Assembly: GCA_040954595.2 (NCBI GenBank) | Contig: CM082597.2 | Coordinates: 6,205,244 to 6,269,243 of the forward strand | Source: Balanoglossus misakiensis | Taxonomy: Eukaryota > Animalia > Hemichordata | Direction of reading: 5' to 3' | DNA: 64,000 bases | In this document: piece after piece, positions 38,041 through 52,198 of the stretch | Layout: each line of letters starts with the position of its first letter | Position numbering within the stretch: the stretch's first letter is position 1 | Program-made: the position numbers and the translations under genes | Notes under the pieces: model-generated | Database searches by the model: none | What the model was told of the DNA's origin: nothing | What the model saw: the letters and a program-made list of their open reading frames with translations, nothing else

Positions 38041-39639
38041 ACTTTATAGTTTTGTATGCATTCAGTGTGGTATTGTCAGATTCCGGTGGATCTTTAGGAT
38101 ACTATGAGATGTAAAAGGCTGGATAATGAATATTGTTCGAGAAGGTATAGGTGGTGATTAATTGATTCCTAATGGTCTTAATGTAATCCAAAATAATGTT
38201 GTGTCTGTTAGATTTGGCGTTGTGGTCGTAGTGGTATAAAGTAACAAAATAATAATGTTAGTGAAGGTTTTTTTAGCTATAAATATGACACATTGATGTA
38301 TTTAATCCAAACAGTCAGTCACATTCGTCTTAAATATTCGTCTGAATTGGTAGCCTTAACACTATGCATAGTTGATATTGCATACTTTGTGATTCTGTGT
38401 ACAGAGTTTTGTGAGACAGACGATTCTGTGTACAAATTAAAGTAAGATGAGCCCAGTACATTGAGCTGTTGGTGAAAACATTTATGACTGGTATAGATAA
38501 ACATTGCTATGACTGTTATTGGTGTATTAAATGTTTCTTTTTTCTAGGAACGACACTGCAGTTTTATAGACTGTGGTGTTTAATGTGTTTTTGTATAATA
38601 TTCAATTTCAGCATCTAATTTATACAAATAATAAAATAAGAATGCATTTGTTTTTTATGTAAATCTCATAATAGGTTGTATCATTGGTGATGGTATCAAG
38701 AAAAGAGAAGACAGTTGCAATACATTAATGAACTATTCTTTTCTCAGGGCATCACTAACGATATTTTTCACATGGACTCGCTATAATATGTCAAATATTA
38801 GGTTTTTGCTGATAATGTCTGGAAACTCGCATATGTAACGCAATGACACTGCAGTTGGATAGACTGTGGTATTTAACTTGTTTTTGTATAATATTCCATT
38901 TTGGTTGTATCAAGGTGCACCTTGTACAGGGTTTCATATGTGACTAAAATTTGGGTGTCCCCATTCTGACCTGGCCAGTCAGATTTGGGGATTACATACC
39001 TTGCACTCGCAAACATGACATACTGTACAAGTAACCACTCACTCAAAGTATTGATAAGTAAAAGTTTCTGATTTATTAAACTGGTATAATTGTGATCACA
39101 ATGTATTTGTATTGAATTAATGATTTCATTCCAGATGATGTCATTATGTATTATATAACATTTTTATTCCAGGTGTGTATCTTATATAATTAAACATCGC
39201 ATACTATGACTTTTGTTTTCCAGATATGTACCTGTATTTTATTGCGTTTAAATACCATTCAGTCAGTTTCACCAACAGCTCATTGTCTTCCCCCTTTTCA
39301 CCAATACAGTGAGCATTCATTTGTATTGGAAAGCAATTTGTCTGTTTGGGAAATTGCAGTAATTTAATAAATCAAAATTCAGAATTACTGGTGTATAATA
39401 TCAGCTATGCATATTAATAATTACCATTTGAAAGTTTAATATTACAATATTTATAGACTTCATAAATTACACACTGATAATAATAAATATATTTAAGAGT
39501 ATAATACAGCTAGATAATAAAAACTAGTGACTATAGATTTTGTAGAATGCCATAGGTTGGGTTTCTGATTTTTATGGGTCGGTTAACATTCTGATTTCAT
39601 TCCTGTGATGGTGGTGGCAGTCTTGATGTTAATTGTTTT

Positions 39640-40390
39640 TACTAATTGTCATGGCGATGACTTTGATGGTTGGTCTGATGTTGATGGTGGTCTTATGATG
39701 ATGATAGTGGTGATGACGATGATTTAAAACATAAATAATAAATGTGTAAACGATGATTGTGACGATTAAAAGATAAATAAGAAATATGAAAATGATGATG
39801 GTGATGATTAAAAGATCAAAAAATGTTTAGATGATGATGATGATGGCGATGATGATGATGATGATGATGATGATGACGGTGATTTAAAACATAAATAATA
39901 AATGTGTAAACGATGATTGTGATGATTAAAAGATAAAAAAGAAATATGTAAATGATGATGGTGATGATTAAAAGATAAAAAAATGTTTAGATGATGATGA
40001 GATGATGGCAATGATGATGATAGTGGTGATGACGATGATTTAAAACATAAATAATAAAAATGTAATCGGTTATTGTGATGATTAAAAGATAAATAAGAAA
40101 TATGTAAATGATGATGATGATGATTAAAACAAACAAGAAATATTTAACTAACGATGGTGATGATTAAAAGATAAATAAGAATTATGATGATGATGACGAT
40201 TAAAACATAAATAAGAAATATGTAAATGATGATGGTGATGATTAAAAGATAAAAAAATGTTTAGATGATGATGATTATGATGACGATGATTAAATGATAA
40301 ATAATAAATGTGTAGACGATGACAATGATGATTAAAAGTTAAACAGCAATGATGATGATTGTGATTAAAAGATAAATAAGGAATATGTTG
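39640..40390. repeat. Compound tandem repeat of (GAT)n and ttaaaagataaataagaaatatg units
   Basis: Recurrent units visible. Confidence 0.85.
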
Positions 40391-40857
40391 TTTTTCATGA
40401 AGCCACAGTTGTGAAGCTTAATTTGTATTAATAAATGTCAAGTAACCGTAGCAAAAGGCATAATTTAGTAATTACATGTATATTTAATATTAGGGGATAA
40501 TTAAATTTGTAGGACTAAATTGTAATGATGATTTTCTAGTAAGGGGGTAAAACTAGTTAAAGGTCTCAGCAGATAGCAATTAGTTTAGATACATAATATG
40601 TAGAAAGGCGATAACTACAGAATTGTTAATAATTTGTAGAAGTTTCAGTCCCCCATGGGACTGTTATTGTGAGTGAGTACTGGTCCATGTTTCTGCCATG
40701 GAAGTAGAGATAGTTTCACATTTTTAAGTCAATTGGGTAATTAAGTATGTTTATCAGAGCCTAGGGTTTTACAACGCGCATCAGCTAGCTAACTATCCAA
40801 CTAAGATAATATATTAATATTTCCTATTTATTATTTGTTGCAGGCGATGGGGATTGT

Positions 40858-42440
40858 TAGCAGCCAAGTTGCAGTCCATAGCAATCAGTTATACTTGTCA
40901 TATTTACACAATTTTTCTCATTAGTTTCAGATTCCCATGATGCAATATATCCTCCGGTCCAGATGCCAAACTGGTAACTAGGTAACATGATTCCTGTGGT
41001 GTGAGTATGCAAATTAATTTTGTGTCACCAGCCATTGAAGTACATTACATTCCTAAACCACAATGAAAATCTGAATGTCCCAGAAAGCCAAGATCATGAT
41101 ATGGCTTACAGTCATGTGACACCTCTGCGTCGCTTGTGTTGACCTGAAACACTTTGCACTAGTTGCCTTGAATTTCATTATTTTTATCTTATATTGTCGA
41201 TAGTCCAGAACTAGAAACAGCTGTACACCCTACAAGAAAAAAAATAAGTCTTAGCCAAGTTGCAGTCCATAGCAGTTAGTTATAATTGTCTAATTACACA
41301 TTTTTTCTCATTAGTTTCAGATGTCCATGATGTAAAATATCCTCCAGTCCAGATGCCAAACTGGTAACTAAGGCATCATGATTCCTGAAGTGTGAGTATG
41401 CAAATTAATTTTGTACGACCAGCCATTTGAACTACATAAACCACAGTGCAGTTCTAAATGTCACAGAAGGCAAAGATTTGTCCTTATATGTCCAGCACAT
41501 AGACACATTTTCCAGTTTTTGTTTGATACAAAAATACTATTTATATTGACTTATTTTTCTCTTTTTGCAGGTAACACTACAGTTTCCATCTGATGATCAA
41601 CAACTGCCAACCAACATGAAGATTTGTGCATGCCTGTACTGCAGCCAAGCAGATTTCACAGGTAACATTCAAGCTACAAACAGCAATAGTGGGGCATGTG
41701 GTACAATTATTCTAATATGACTTGACTGCAATTTCATGAAAACTTGGTATATACACGATATACTGTGACGTATATATGTACATCAATTTATTTTGCATAT
41801 TGATCTAGTATGGCTACCAAGCAGCCATCTTTAGTAAACAAAAAAATCAAGCACAGCGCCATTAGAAGGCCATGCCAGAACCAATTCTATTTTGACACAG
41901 GAGCATGATGTAATTTACACAGTTTTTCTTATTATTTTTTAGATTTCCCTGATGCCACATATCTTCCAGCCCATGATGCAGTATATTCTCCAGTCCAATG
42001 GTAACCAGGTAACATGTGTGTGGTGCGAGTATGCAAATTAAAATTTGTGTGAGCAGCCACTGAAGTATATTACATCCCTTCAGCACAATGAAAATTTGAA
42101 TGTCACAAAAAGCCATGATTTGTCCATACATTCGCGCACAATAGTATGGCCTCTTGTATACATGAAGGCAGGAGATCATTTGTCCATAGATACATTTTAC
42201 TGTCATTTTGTTTAACAAAAATACCGTCATTTTTTTCTTATCTGCAGACAACAGTTTATATCTGATGAGCAACATCTGCCAGCCTAGATCTGTGTATGTG
42301 TGAAGCAGGTTAGCAGATTTCAAAGGTAACAGTTAAGCTGCAAACAGCATTAGCTGGGCTTATGGTACAACTATGACTTGACCCCAATTTCATTAAAACT
42401 TGATGCATACAAGTGTACTATGAGGTACATCAGTTTGATC
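40858..42440 (+). repeat. Three degenerate direct copies of a 400-650 bp segment
   Basis: Block tttcagat..ccatgatg..atatcctcc.gtccagatgccaaactggtaacta...gagtatgcaaatta recurs at ~40925, ~41315 and ~41940. Confidence 0.7.
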
Positions 42441-42777
42441 CAGTATGGGCACCAGGCATTATTAAATAAAACATTCAGAAATCAAGTGTACATTGTGCCT
42501 TTGGATCAAGTTACATCAAGTTATGTACTGCACTGTGAAACATACATGTGCCATCAGGGACACTGGGGAGTATGTATGGTGGCCTGCGGAATATAGCATG
42601 GATGATCAAACATTGGATGTGATGACTGGAGGCTATCGGGAGCCCAACACACCGACATGGAAGTCAAATTTTCATTCTGTCCAATTAAAAAGCTGTCTCG
42701 GATGGGCGGTAGTTTAACTCACTGTGTACTGGTACATGCATGTCAGTTTTTGTCTTTGTATGATCCTGTATGGTGAC

Positions 42778-43025
42778 TATCAATCAATCAATCAATCAAT
42801 CAGAGAAATTTGTATAGCGCCAGTATCTATAACAAGTGTCATACTCAAAGGCGCTTGTGCTCATTGGCCCACACCATATGCTCTTGCGAAATAATGCGTC
42901 TTCAGTCTTTTCTTAAAGATACTCAAACTTGGAGCTTGACGAATGTCTTGTGGCAGAGAGTTCCACAGTTTCGGTGCAGCATGTAAGAATGCTCGGCCAC
43001 CGTATGCGGCCACTGTTCCAATTTT
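42778..43025 (-). mobile_element. L2-type LINE 3' end with (GATT)n tail
   Basis: YGGRAFLHAAPKLWNSLPQDIRQAPSLSIFKKRLKTHYF, short 3'UTR with agcgcctttgag...ggcgctatacaaat, then gattgattgatt. Confidence 0.85.
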
Positions 43026-43542
43026 CACGTCTCGGACAACATCATTCAAACAAGCATATTTCAGACACACCTTCACCGTTGACAGCTCTCTGCTGTCCAT
43101 GCGTTTGAAAAGCTGCGTCTTTGATGTTGACACCTCAGACGTTCTCCATCTACGGGAGTCATGCATGCAACCTGCTGCTTTTATTTGAATTATCAAGGAT
43201 GGTGCGATACATCTGCAGTGGCAAATACTTGACCAAAACCGCAGCGACGTGAGATGTGATTTTCACGTGTTTACACCTGAGTGTGAAATCTTACACTGTC
43301 AAATGCTATGATACATGAAAGTGTGACACTTTGTTGTCATAAAATGATTAACGTATACAATGACAAGGACGTTCTTTACAAATTCAACTGCCCATTACAA
43401 CATAAATATAAGAATTGACTAAATTGTTAGTATTCCTGCGGAAATGTCACAGACCTAAGAGAAAACAGCTTACAGCTCCTCGACCCGGCTAATTAAATAT
43501 TCATGAGCCATACCAAACCACTCAGATAATCGGTGTTTCACT

Positions 43543-43710
43543 GTATATGTATGTATGTATATATGTATGTGTGTGTGTACATCTATGTATTTATGTATGT
43601 ACATGTCTGTCTGTCTGTCTGTCTGTCTGTATGTGTGTATGTATGTACGTATACACATGTATGTATGTGTGTATGTATGTATAAAATTGTATGTATGTGT
43701 GTGTGTATGT
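43543..43710. repeat. Mixed (TATG)/(TG)/(TCTG) microsatellite
   Basis: Direct reading. Confidence 0.85.
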
Positions 43711-46109
43711 AATGCATGCAGTGTTGGAAACTACTGCCCATCCTCCCATCCGAGACTGGTAACTTTTTAGTATATATGTATATGTACATACGCATGTTCG
43801 ATGTATGTATGTGTGTTTATGTGTGAAGTTTAAATGTCTCTTGGTTCCTATGACAAATCAATACAAGGTACGGTAAGTGTAATAGGTCATTTTCTGTTTA
43901 CAGGAAAGAAGAGGATATGTGTGTACCAGTATGGAATCAATAGCCAGAGCAGCAGATGCAGAGACGCTTCTTTGGACCAGATGACTTTCTTTTCAGTGGA
44001 GTAAACCAACTTTGTGTGATTTTATCGTCATTTCAAGAACTGAACTCTCCCCCCCCCCAATGGGTTACATTTGAACATTAATCACTCCCAACCTTAGTTA
44101 TTATGATCCATAGTCCAATTTTTGTATTGTTATCCCAGAGAGAGAGACAGAGCAGGTTAAAATTAAATTGCAATGTGTATATTTCAGTATTGTCAGTCTT
44201 GCCATTGAAATTGAATATTTTCTAATAAAGCTCATCATCTTGTTTTATTAATTCCTAAATTATTGCTCTGATTTGTTCAGTATAACCTGAAGGTTGTTGT
44301 GTCCTATAGGCACAATAAGCATTGCGCGCAACAAGTAATTAGTGTAAATTATTAAAATTAATACTAACGGCACTGGATACAGCAGCTTTCAGGTGTTTAC
44401 CATTTAGCAGCGCATAAAGAAAAAGTTAACAACCAACATACGCTAAATGGTAAACAAAAGAAAAAGGAATTAAAACTTTCCTGTATTGGTACAAAATGTG
44501 TGTGAAACTGTTGTGTTTGGAAAGCAAACATGACAATGAACAGTAAACCACTACTGCATGTGGTTCGACTTGCTCTCTCTCTCTCTCTCTAAATTTGAAT
44601 TTTCATTTTATTGTACTATAGGCATGATTCACTGGTATTGTACATTTTGAAAGTATGATTTGATTATTTGGAAGAAAGGTTTAATGGCCATGTTTTCATG
44701 ATTAATATTGAAGTATGAATATGTACATTTAAGGTTATAACAGAAAAACCTGGGTCAGTAAAACTGCCGCAACATAAGTAGTCGACTACCTGACCCTTGA
44801 ACTTTTAATTAATCATGTGACCCGGCAGCCATCTTGGATTAAATATTAAAATGGACCTCATTTGCTTAACAAATGAGGAATCAAAATTCTGTAAACAATC
44901 TTATCCTACATGCCCCTTTACAAGGTCCTAGGCCAAAATTTCTAGAGCATTATTTTTCGTATCCCATGACCTTTGACCCAGCAATTGGCCTCCAACTGCA
45001 ATTAAGGTATGGCCACATTTTAAACTGTGGCATTATGGTCTATGTAATGGTCATGGACAGCTAGTGTCTATTATCCAGTGACCAACATGGGACCAAAATA
45101 AAAGTCAAATTTTGGGAGTTCCCCCTGACCTCTGAAGGTATTTAGTATGTGCATTAACCAATAGAGCCAGAGGACTGGTTTTGTTAGACATTCAAGGAAA
45201 TGGGGGCAACATGTAACCACCATATTTTGTGGTTACCCCCCTGACCTTTCACTCTTATTAATTATGCACATATTTAATTCTACCTAGAATTTTGTGCATA
45301 TCTAATTATAGGCTTGCAAATAGACCTTAGCTGATGTTTGGGGGAGAGGTAGCATTATGGAATAAAATTGTTTTGCCAACATGATGTGAATTACGAGATG
45401 ATTATAAAAGGGGCAGGCTTCATATTTGATCAAATGAAGCACATAACTTGAAAGGTTAACCCCTTGACATTTGGCCCTCATTAATTATGTGCATATCTTA
45501 TTCTAGGCTAACCAATAGGGCTTGAGCTCCATTTTTTGGTGGACAGAGACCATTATGGCTTCATTTGGCCATTATGTCATGTGACCTTTATGACCTTTGA
45601 CCTCAATGTCACATAGTTGAATATTAATGACCTTTTAAGTGCTCAAAGGTTCACATTTTGTGTGATGAAGCGCCCTGTGGTGCACTGTCCCTGACCTCAA
45701 ACATTATGAAATGAAATTCTAGGCAAACAAATAGAAAAGAGGTCTTTATCGTTATAATTAAGGTCAATTATGTGATCAAAATATTTGGCCAACATGTCAC
45801 ATGACCTTGACCTTAAAAGTGGCTTATTTGCATGATCTTTGGACATGCTTTGGCCTGGCAATGCTTCTTGTAGCTTTAATTTATTATTTATTTTTTTATT
45901 TGTTTGTTTGTTGTGTTTGTTTGTTTTTGCCTGTTTGTTTATGTATTTTTGTTTGTGTATTTGAATTTGTTTGTTTTATTAGTTTGTTTTCTTGTTTGTT
46001 TACTTGTTTATCCAGAAATCCATCCATTCATTTTTTTGTGTATGTGTGTGTGTGTGTGTGCGTTGGTACGTGTATATTATGTATGTTTGATTTTTTCTGT
46101 GGAGGGACA

Positions 46110-46900
46110 CAAGTTTTTGTGTCTAGGATTTTTGTTAGGTGTCTGGGAGTTGTATTGCCATGTATGTAATTTTGAATCGTATTTTAATTTCCATGATTTT
46201 TTGGGTGTCTGGGAATTTTCTGGTTGTATTTGGCATCCATGATTGCCATTGCTGATTTTTTTAATTCTATTGAATGTTCATAAGTTTTTGGTTCTGGGAG
46301 GTGTGTGGTTTTTGCTGTCTCTGATTGCCGTGGTTGTCTTTTTAAATTCTTTTGAATGGTCATGATTTTTTGGGGGTGCGTTAAAGTGTACTGGGTTTGC
46401 ATTTAGACTTCTGTGATTTCCATGGTTTTTTGGGGGAATTTGTGGTTGAATGTTCATACGTTTTTGGTGTCTGGGAATTCTGTGGTATTTGCTGTCTCAG
46501 ATTGCCGTGGTTGTCTTTTCTTTTGAATGGTCATGATTTTTTGACTGTCTGAAGGAGTTATGGGTTTGCATTTAGACATCTGTGATTGCCATGGTCTTTT
46601 GGGGGGGGGGTGTAGTTGAATGTTCATAAGTTTTTGGTGTCTGGGAATTCTGTGGTATTTGCTGTCTCTGATTGCCGTGGTTGGCTTTTCTTTTGAATGG
46701 TCATGATTTTTTGACTGTCTGAAAGAATTCTGGGTTTGCATTTAGACATCCGTGATTGCCATGGAAATTGTAGTTGAATGTGTAAAGTTCTTGGTGTCTA
46801 AGAGATCTGTTGTTGTATTTTGGCATTTGTGATTGCCATTTCCTGTGTTTTTTTGAATTCATATTGAATTTTCATGATTGTTGGAGGAGTTTGGTGGTTG
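46110..46900. repeat. Tandem repeat, ~170 bp unit, ~4-5 degenerate copies
   Basis: gaatgttcataagtttttggtgtctgggaattc...gattgccgtggttg recurs at ~46272, ~46448, ~46618 and ~46776. Confidence 0.8.
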
Positions 46901-47379
46901 TTTTCTGGCATTTTGACGAAGCTGGTTCGAACCCGCGTTCCGAAGAAATCCCAAGATCGCGATCTTCAATTCATTTTTAGCTTTTCACTTTTTTTTGCAG
47001 TGTTCTTTCCCGTGACATAAATAATAAATATATATGTGTTTTTTGTGTGTACCGTATTTTAAAGTTATTACGATTAAATTGTTTGTCTCATTTATCCCCA
47101 ATGTTGAAATTTTTTCCTCGATGTTGGGTGCCTTTAATGAAGTTTTCCCAATGGCTATAACAGATGAGAAGGTTTCAATTTGCAATATTTTTGAGAATAC
47201 AGTGTGTATAGCATGACTTACCAGATGTAAAAACTTTTGCAATAGATCCTTCAAGTCCAGTGTAGTTTCCTGGGATCAGTTCATTAGTTGATTTTCACAC
47301 GCGCGCGCTGAACAGTTTTAAATACCGGTATATCTGTTTTTATTCTTCACATTTTAATGTGAACATTATGATTTTGCTT

Positions 47380-50300
47380 TTGCTTGACATTTATACTTGC
47401 ATAGATCAGGTGACTGTACACATTTGTTACATGCTTATGCATGTTTGAGTGTTTACAGTGCTTTGATTTTTTGATACTTTTTTAAATACATAATGTGTTT
47501 GCAGAAGCCTTATAGGCATATTTCGGTTATAATATTTAGGGGGCATAATGGGGAATTTTCGCTCATAAATTGAATAACATCGAGCCTATAAATCATGGCT
47601 TACAGGCAACACATTATATACACCTTTTGAACAATAAGACATTTTACTTTTTGGTTTCAATTTGCTTTTACTTGACATTTTAGAGTATTTTTAACAGTTT
47701 TGGTGCGTTTGCATGTGATTTTGTACAGATTATTGTACAGATTTGTCACATGCTTAGGCATTGTGTGCGTGTTTACATTTCTTTGAAATTTTGTTGATTT
47801 TTTAAAGACATAAATAATGTGTTTGCTAAAGCTGTATAGGCATATTTCAGTTATAATATTTAGGGGGGGGAATGGGGAATTTTTGCTCATAAAATGAATA
47901 ACATTGAGCCTATGAAACATGGCTTACAGGCAACACATTATATACACCTTTTGAACAATAAAAAACTTTACTTTTTGGCATTTACTTTAAAAGTTTTCTT
48001 TATTTAATACCCTCAGTTATTTTACATTGAATATTCATTTTTTACCCTGAATAGTTTGGGGTCTTAATGAAAGTTTTCTGATAACTATATCAGATGAGGT
48101 TCCAATTTACCTCTACTTGACATTTTAAAGTATTTATTTTTTTAACAGTTTTAGTGTATGAGTATGTGATTTTCGTACAGACTATTGTACAGATTTGTCA
48201 CATGCTTATGCTTTATGTGAGTGTTTACAGTTCTTTGAATTTTTAATTTTTTTTATAAAGACATTAATAATGTGTTTGCAGAAGCCTTATAGGCATATTT
48301 TTGTTATAATATTTAGGGGGGCATAATAGGGAATTTTGCTCATAAATTATATATCATCAAGCCTATGAAATATGGCTTACAGGCAACACATTATATACAC
48401 CTTTTGAACAATAAGATTTTTTACTTTTTGGTTTCAATTTGCTTTTACTTGACATTTTAGAGTATTTTTAACAGTTTTGGTGAGTTAGCGTGTGATTTTG
48501 TACAGATTATTGTACAGATTTATCACATGCTTATGCATTGTGTGCGTGTTTACAGTGCTTTGATTTTTTGTTTATTTTTTATAAATACATAATGTGTTTG
48601 CTAAAGCTATATAGGCATATTTCGTTATAAAATTTAGGGGGAAAATGGGGAATTTTCGCTCATAAATTGAACAACATTGAGCCTATGAAACATGGCTTAC
48701 AGGCAACACATTATATACACCTTTTGAACAAAAAAATACTTTACTTTTTGGCATTTACTTTAATAGTTTTCTTTATTTAATACCCTCAGTTATTTTACAA
48801 TTGAATATTCATTTTTTACCCTGAATGTTTTGGGGTCTTAATGAAAGTTTTCCAATAACTATATCAGATGAGGTTCCAATTTACCTCTACTTGACATTTT
48901 AAAGTATTTATTTTTTTAACAGTTTTAGTGTATGAGTATGTGATTTTGTACTGATTGTTGTACAGATTTGTCACATGCTTATGCATTCTATGAGTGTTTA
49001 CAATTCTTTGAATTTTTATTTTTTATTTATAAAGACATTAATAATGTGTTTGCTAAAGCCTTATAGGCATATTTCGGTCATAATATTTAGGGGGGCATAA
49101 TAGGGAATTTTCGCTTATAAATTGAATAACATCGAGCCTATGAAACATGGCTTACAGGCAACACATTATATACACCTTTTGAACAAAAAAATACTTTACT
49201 TTTTGGCATTTACTTTAATAGTTTTCTTTATTTAATACCCTCAGTTATTTTACAATTGAAAATTCATTTTTTACCCTGAATGCATGGTTTGGGGTCTTAA
49301 TGAAAGTTTTCTGATAACTATCTCAGATGAGGTTCCAATTTTCCTCTACTTGACATTTTAAAGTATTTATTTTTTTAACAGTTTTAGTGTATGAGTGTGT
49401 GATTTTCGTACAGATTATTGTACAGATTTGTCACATGCTTATGCATTATGTGAGTGTTTACAGTTCTTTGAATTTTTGATGATTTTTTCAATACATAATG
49501 TGTTTGCAGAAGCCTTATAGGCATATTTCGGTTATAATATTTAGGGAGGCATAATAGGGAATTTTTGCTCATAAATTGAACAACATCCAGCCTATGAAAC
49601 ATGGCTTAGAGGCAACACATTATATACACCTTTTGAACAATAAAAAAACTTTACTTTTTGGCATTTACTTTAAAAGTTTTCTTTATTTTATACCCTCAGT
49701 TATTTTACATTTGAATATTCATTTTTTACCCTGAATAGTTTGGGGTCTTAATGAAAGTTTTCTGATAACTATATCAGATGAGGTTCCAATTTACCTCTAC
49801 TTGACATTTTAAAGTATTTATTTTTTTAACAGTTTTCGTGTATGAGTATGTGATTTTCGTACAGATTATTGTACAGATTTGTCACATGCTTACGCATTCT
49901 ATGAGTGTTTACAGTTCTTTGAATTTTTTTTTTTTTTTTATAAAGACATAAATAATGTGTTTGCCGAAGCCTTATAGGCATATTTTTGTTATAATATTTA
50001 GGGGGGCATAATAGGGAATTTTCGCTCATAAATTGAACAACATTGAGCCTATGAAATATGGCTTACAGGCAACACATTATATACACCTTTTGAACAATAA
50101 GAAATTTTACTTTTTGGCATTTACTTTAAAAGTTTTCTTTATTTAATACCCTCAGTTATTTTACAATTGAATATTCATTTTTTACCCTGAATGGTTTGGG
50201 GTCTTAATGAAAGTTTTCCAATAACTATATCAGATGAGGTTCCAATTTACCTCTACTTGACATTTTAAAGTATTTATTTTTTTAACAGTTTTCGTGTATG

Positions 50301-51075
50301 AGTATGTGATTTTCGTACAGATTATTGTACAGATTTGTCACATGCTTATGCATTCTATGAGTGTTTACAGTTCTTTGAATTTTTTATAATTTTTTTATAA
50401 AGACATTAATAATGTGTTTGCAGAAGCCTTATAGGCATATCTCGGTCATAATATTTAAGGGGGCATAATAGGGAATTTTCGCTTATAAATTGAATAACAT
50501 CGAGCCTATGCAACATGGCTTACAAGCAAAACATTATTTTTACACCCTTTGAAGAATAAAAATACTTTACTTTTTGGTATTTACTTTAAAACTTTTCTTT
50601 ATTTTATACACTTACAGTTATTTTACATTTGAATATTCATTTTTCCCCTGAATGTTTTGGGGTCTTAATGAAAGTTTTCCAATAACTATATCAGATGAGG
50701 TTCCAATTTACCTTTACTTGACATTTAGTATTTATTTTTTAACAGTTTGGGTGTATGAGTGTGTGATTTTTGTACAGATTATTGTACAGATTTGTCACAT
50801 GCTTATGCATTATGTGAGTGTTTACAGTTCTTTGAATTTTTATTTTTTATTTATAAAGACATAAATAATGTGTTTGCAGAAGCCTTATAGGCATATTTTT
50901 GTTATAATATTTAGGGGGGCATAATAGGGAATTTTTGCTCATTAATTAAATATCATCAAGCCTATGTAACATGACTTACAGGCAACACATTATTTACTCC
51001 CTTTAAACAAAAAAAACCCTCAGTTATTTTACAATTGAATATTCATTTTTTACCCTGAATGTTTTGGGGGTCTTT
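47380..51075. repeat. AT-rich satellite array with ~455 bp and ~320 bp units
   Basis: Marker atggcttacaggcaacacatt at ~47594, 47918, 48371, 48691, 49146, 49600, 50057, 50514 and 50970. Confidence 0.92.
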
Positions 51076-51635
51076 CTATTTTTATATGAAATTTATGACT
51101 TTGAGTTTGCTTGACATTTTAAAGTGCTGAAACTTATGGAACTTAGTTTGGATGAGATTTATTCTCATACATATTAAGTTCCACCAACTATAACATTGAT
51201 AATTGTTTCAGAAATTTTTAAGTCATTTGACAAAAACTAATGAAACGTAGTTTGGATGAGATTTATTATCATTCACATTAACTTCCACCATCTATAACAT
51301 TTGGTAATTTTTTCAGACATTTTTGTCATTTGACAGTTACATTTTTTCAGAAGGCATTAATGCAATTGTAAACTTCATTCATGATTACCTACGCTTTCCC
51401 AGATGATTTTTTCCCTATCCCGAAATAGGTTTTTCTCTGGGTTTTAGTGCGGGGTAAATTGTCAGTTTGTGCAGTCATTCTAGTCTAGAATAAAGTACAT
51501 GAGCCACTTCTCTCATGTAAAATTGACCTGTATTGTGTGTGTGTATGCATTTGGATGTGGTAGTTTGCAGGCTGGTTGGAATGGAAATGGCGACTATTCA
51601 CTGGAGTGGGTTGGGTGTTTGAATGCGTAGAGAGC

Positions 51636-52198
51636 TACAGTCAAACCTCTCCATAGTGTCCAGTCAAGGGACTTTCCTAAACTGGCCTTTGTAGACAGGT
51701 CATTCTCGCCCCACCAGACTACGGATTTCTTTCGTTTCACTATCGATATCACGTACTCTGGTTAAAATGGAGTACTGCGCTGGTATTTGAACATATTGGT
51801 AATGCATATTCATGAGATGACATCATTATAATCTGGCCAATCAAAGCCCGTCTCTCAAGGAGAGCTGGGACAAGAGCACTTCTCAGAGCACTGCCACTGG
51901 AAGCCGCCATGTTGTTTAGAATGAGATGTAATGAGATGCATGAATGGGATGTAACAAGCAATCTGATTGGTTGTTGGATGTACTATGAAAGCGCCTAGAC
52001 CAAATACTGAATACATGGCAGTATTATACCACAGCCTATTTGCGGGGAGCAGAGCGCTGCCGTAAAAGGGCCGTGGTTTGCGACGATGAGACAGGTGGCC
52101 TTTATACAGAGGTCAATTAAATGCACATGCGAATTGCACAGGAATTGTAACAAAGTGGCCACTATATAGAGGTGGCCACTGACAGGGGTTCGACTGTA
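51636..52198. mobile_element. TA-flanked pogo/Tc1-type MITE (tacagtcaaacc...ggttcgactgta)
   Basis: CAGT..ACTG termini with TA flanks; imperfect TIRs. Confidence 0.6.

Noticed and set aside
46921-46945. ggttcgaaccc tRNA B-box/T-loop-like motif
   Set aside because: No cloverleaf or A-box around it; at most a SINE scrap.
47380-51075. Regularly spaced repeats as a CRISPR-like array
   Set aside because: The intervening sequence is itself repeated, there are no unique spacers or cas genes, and the context is eukaryotic.
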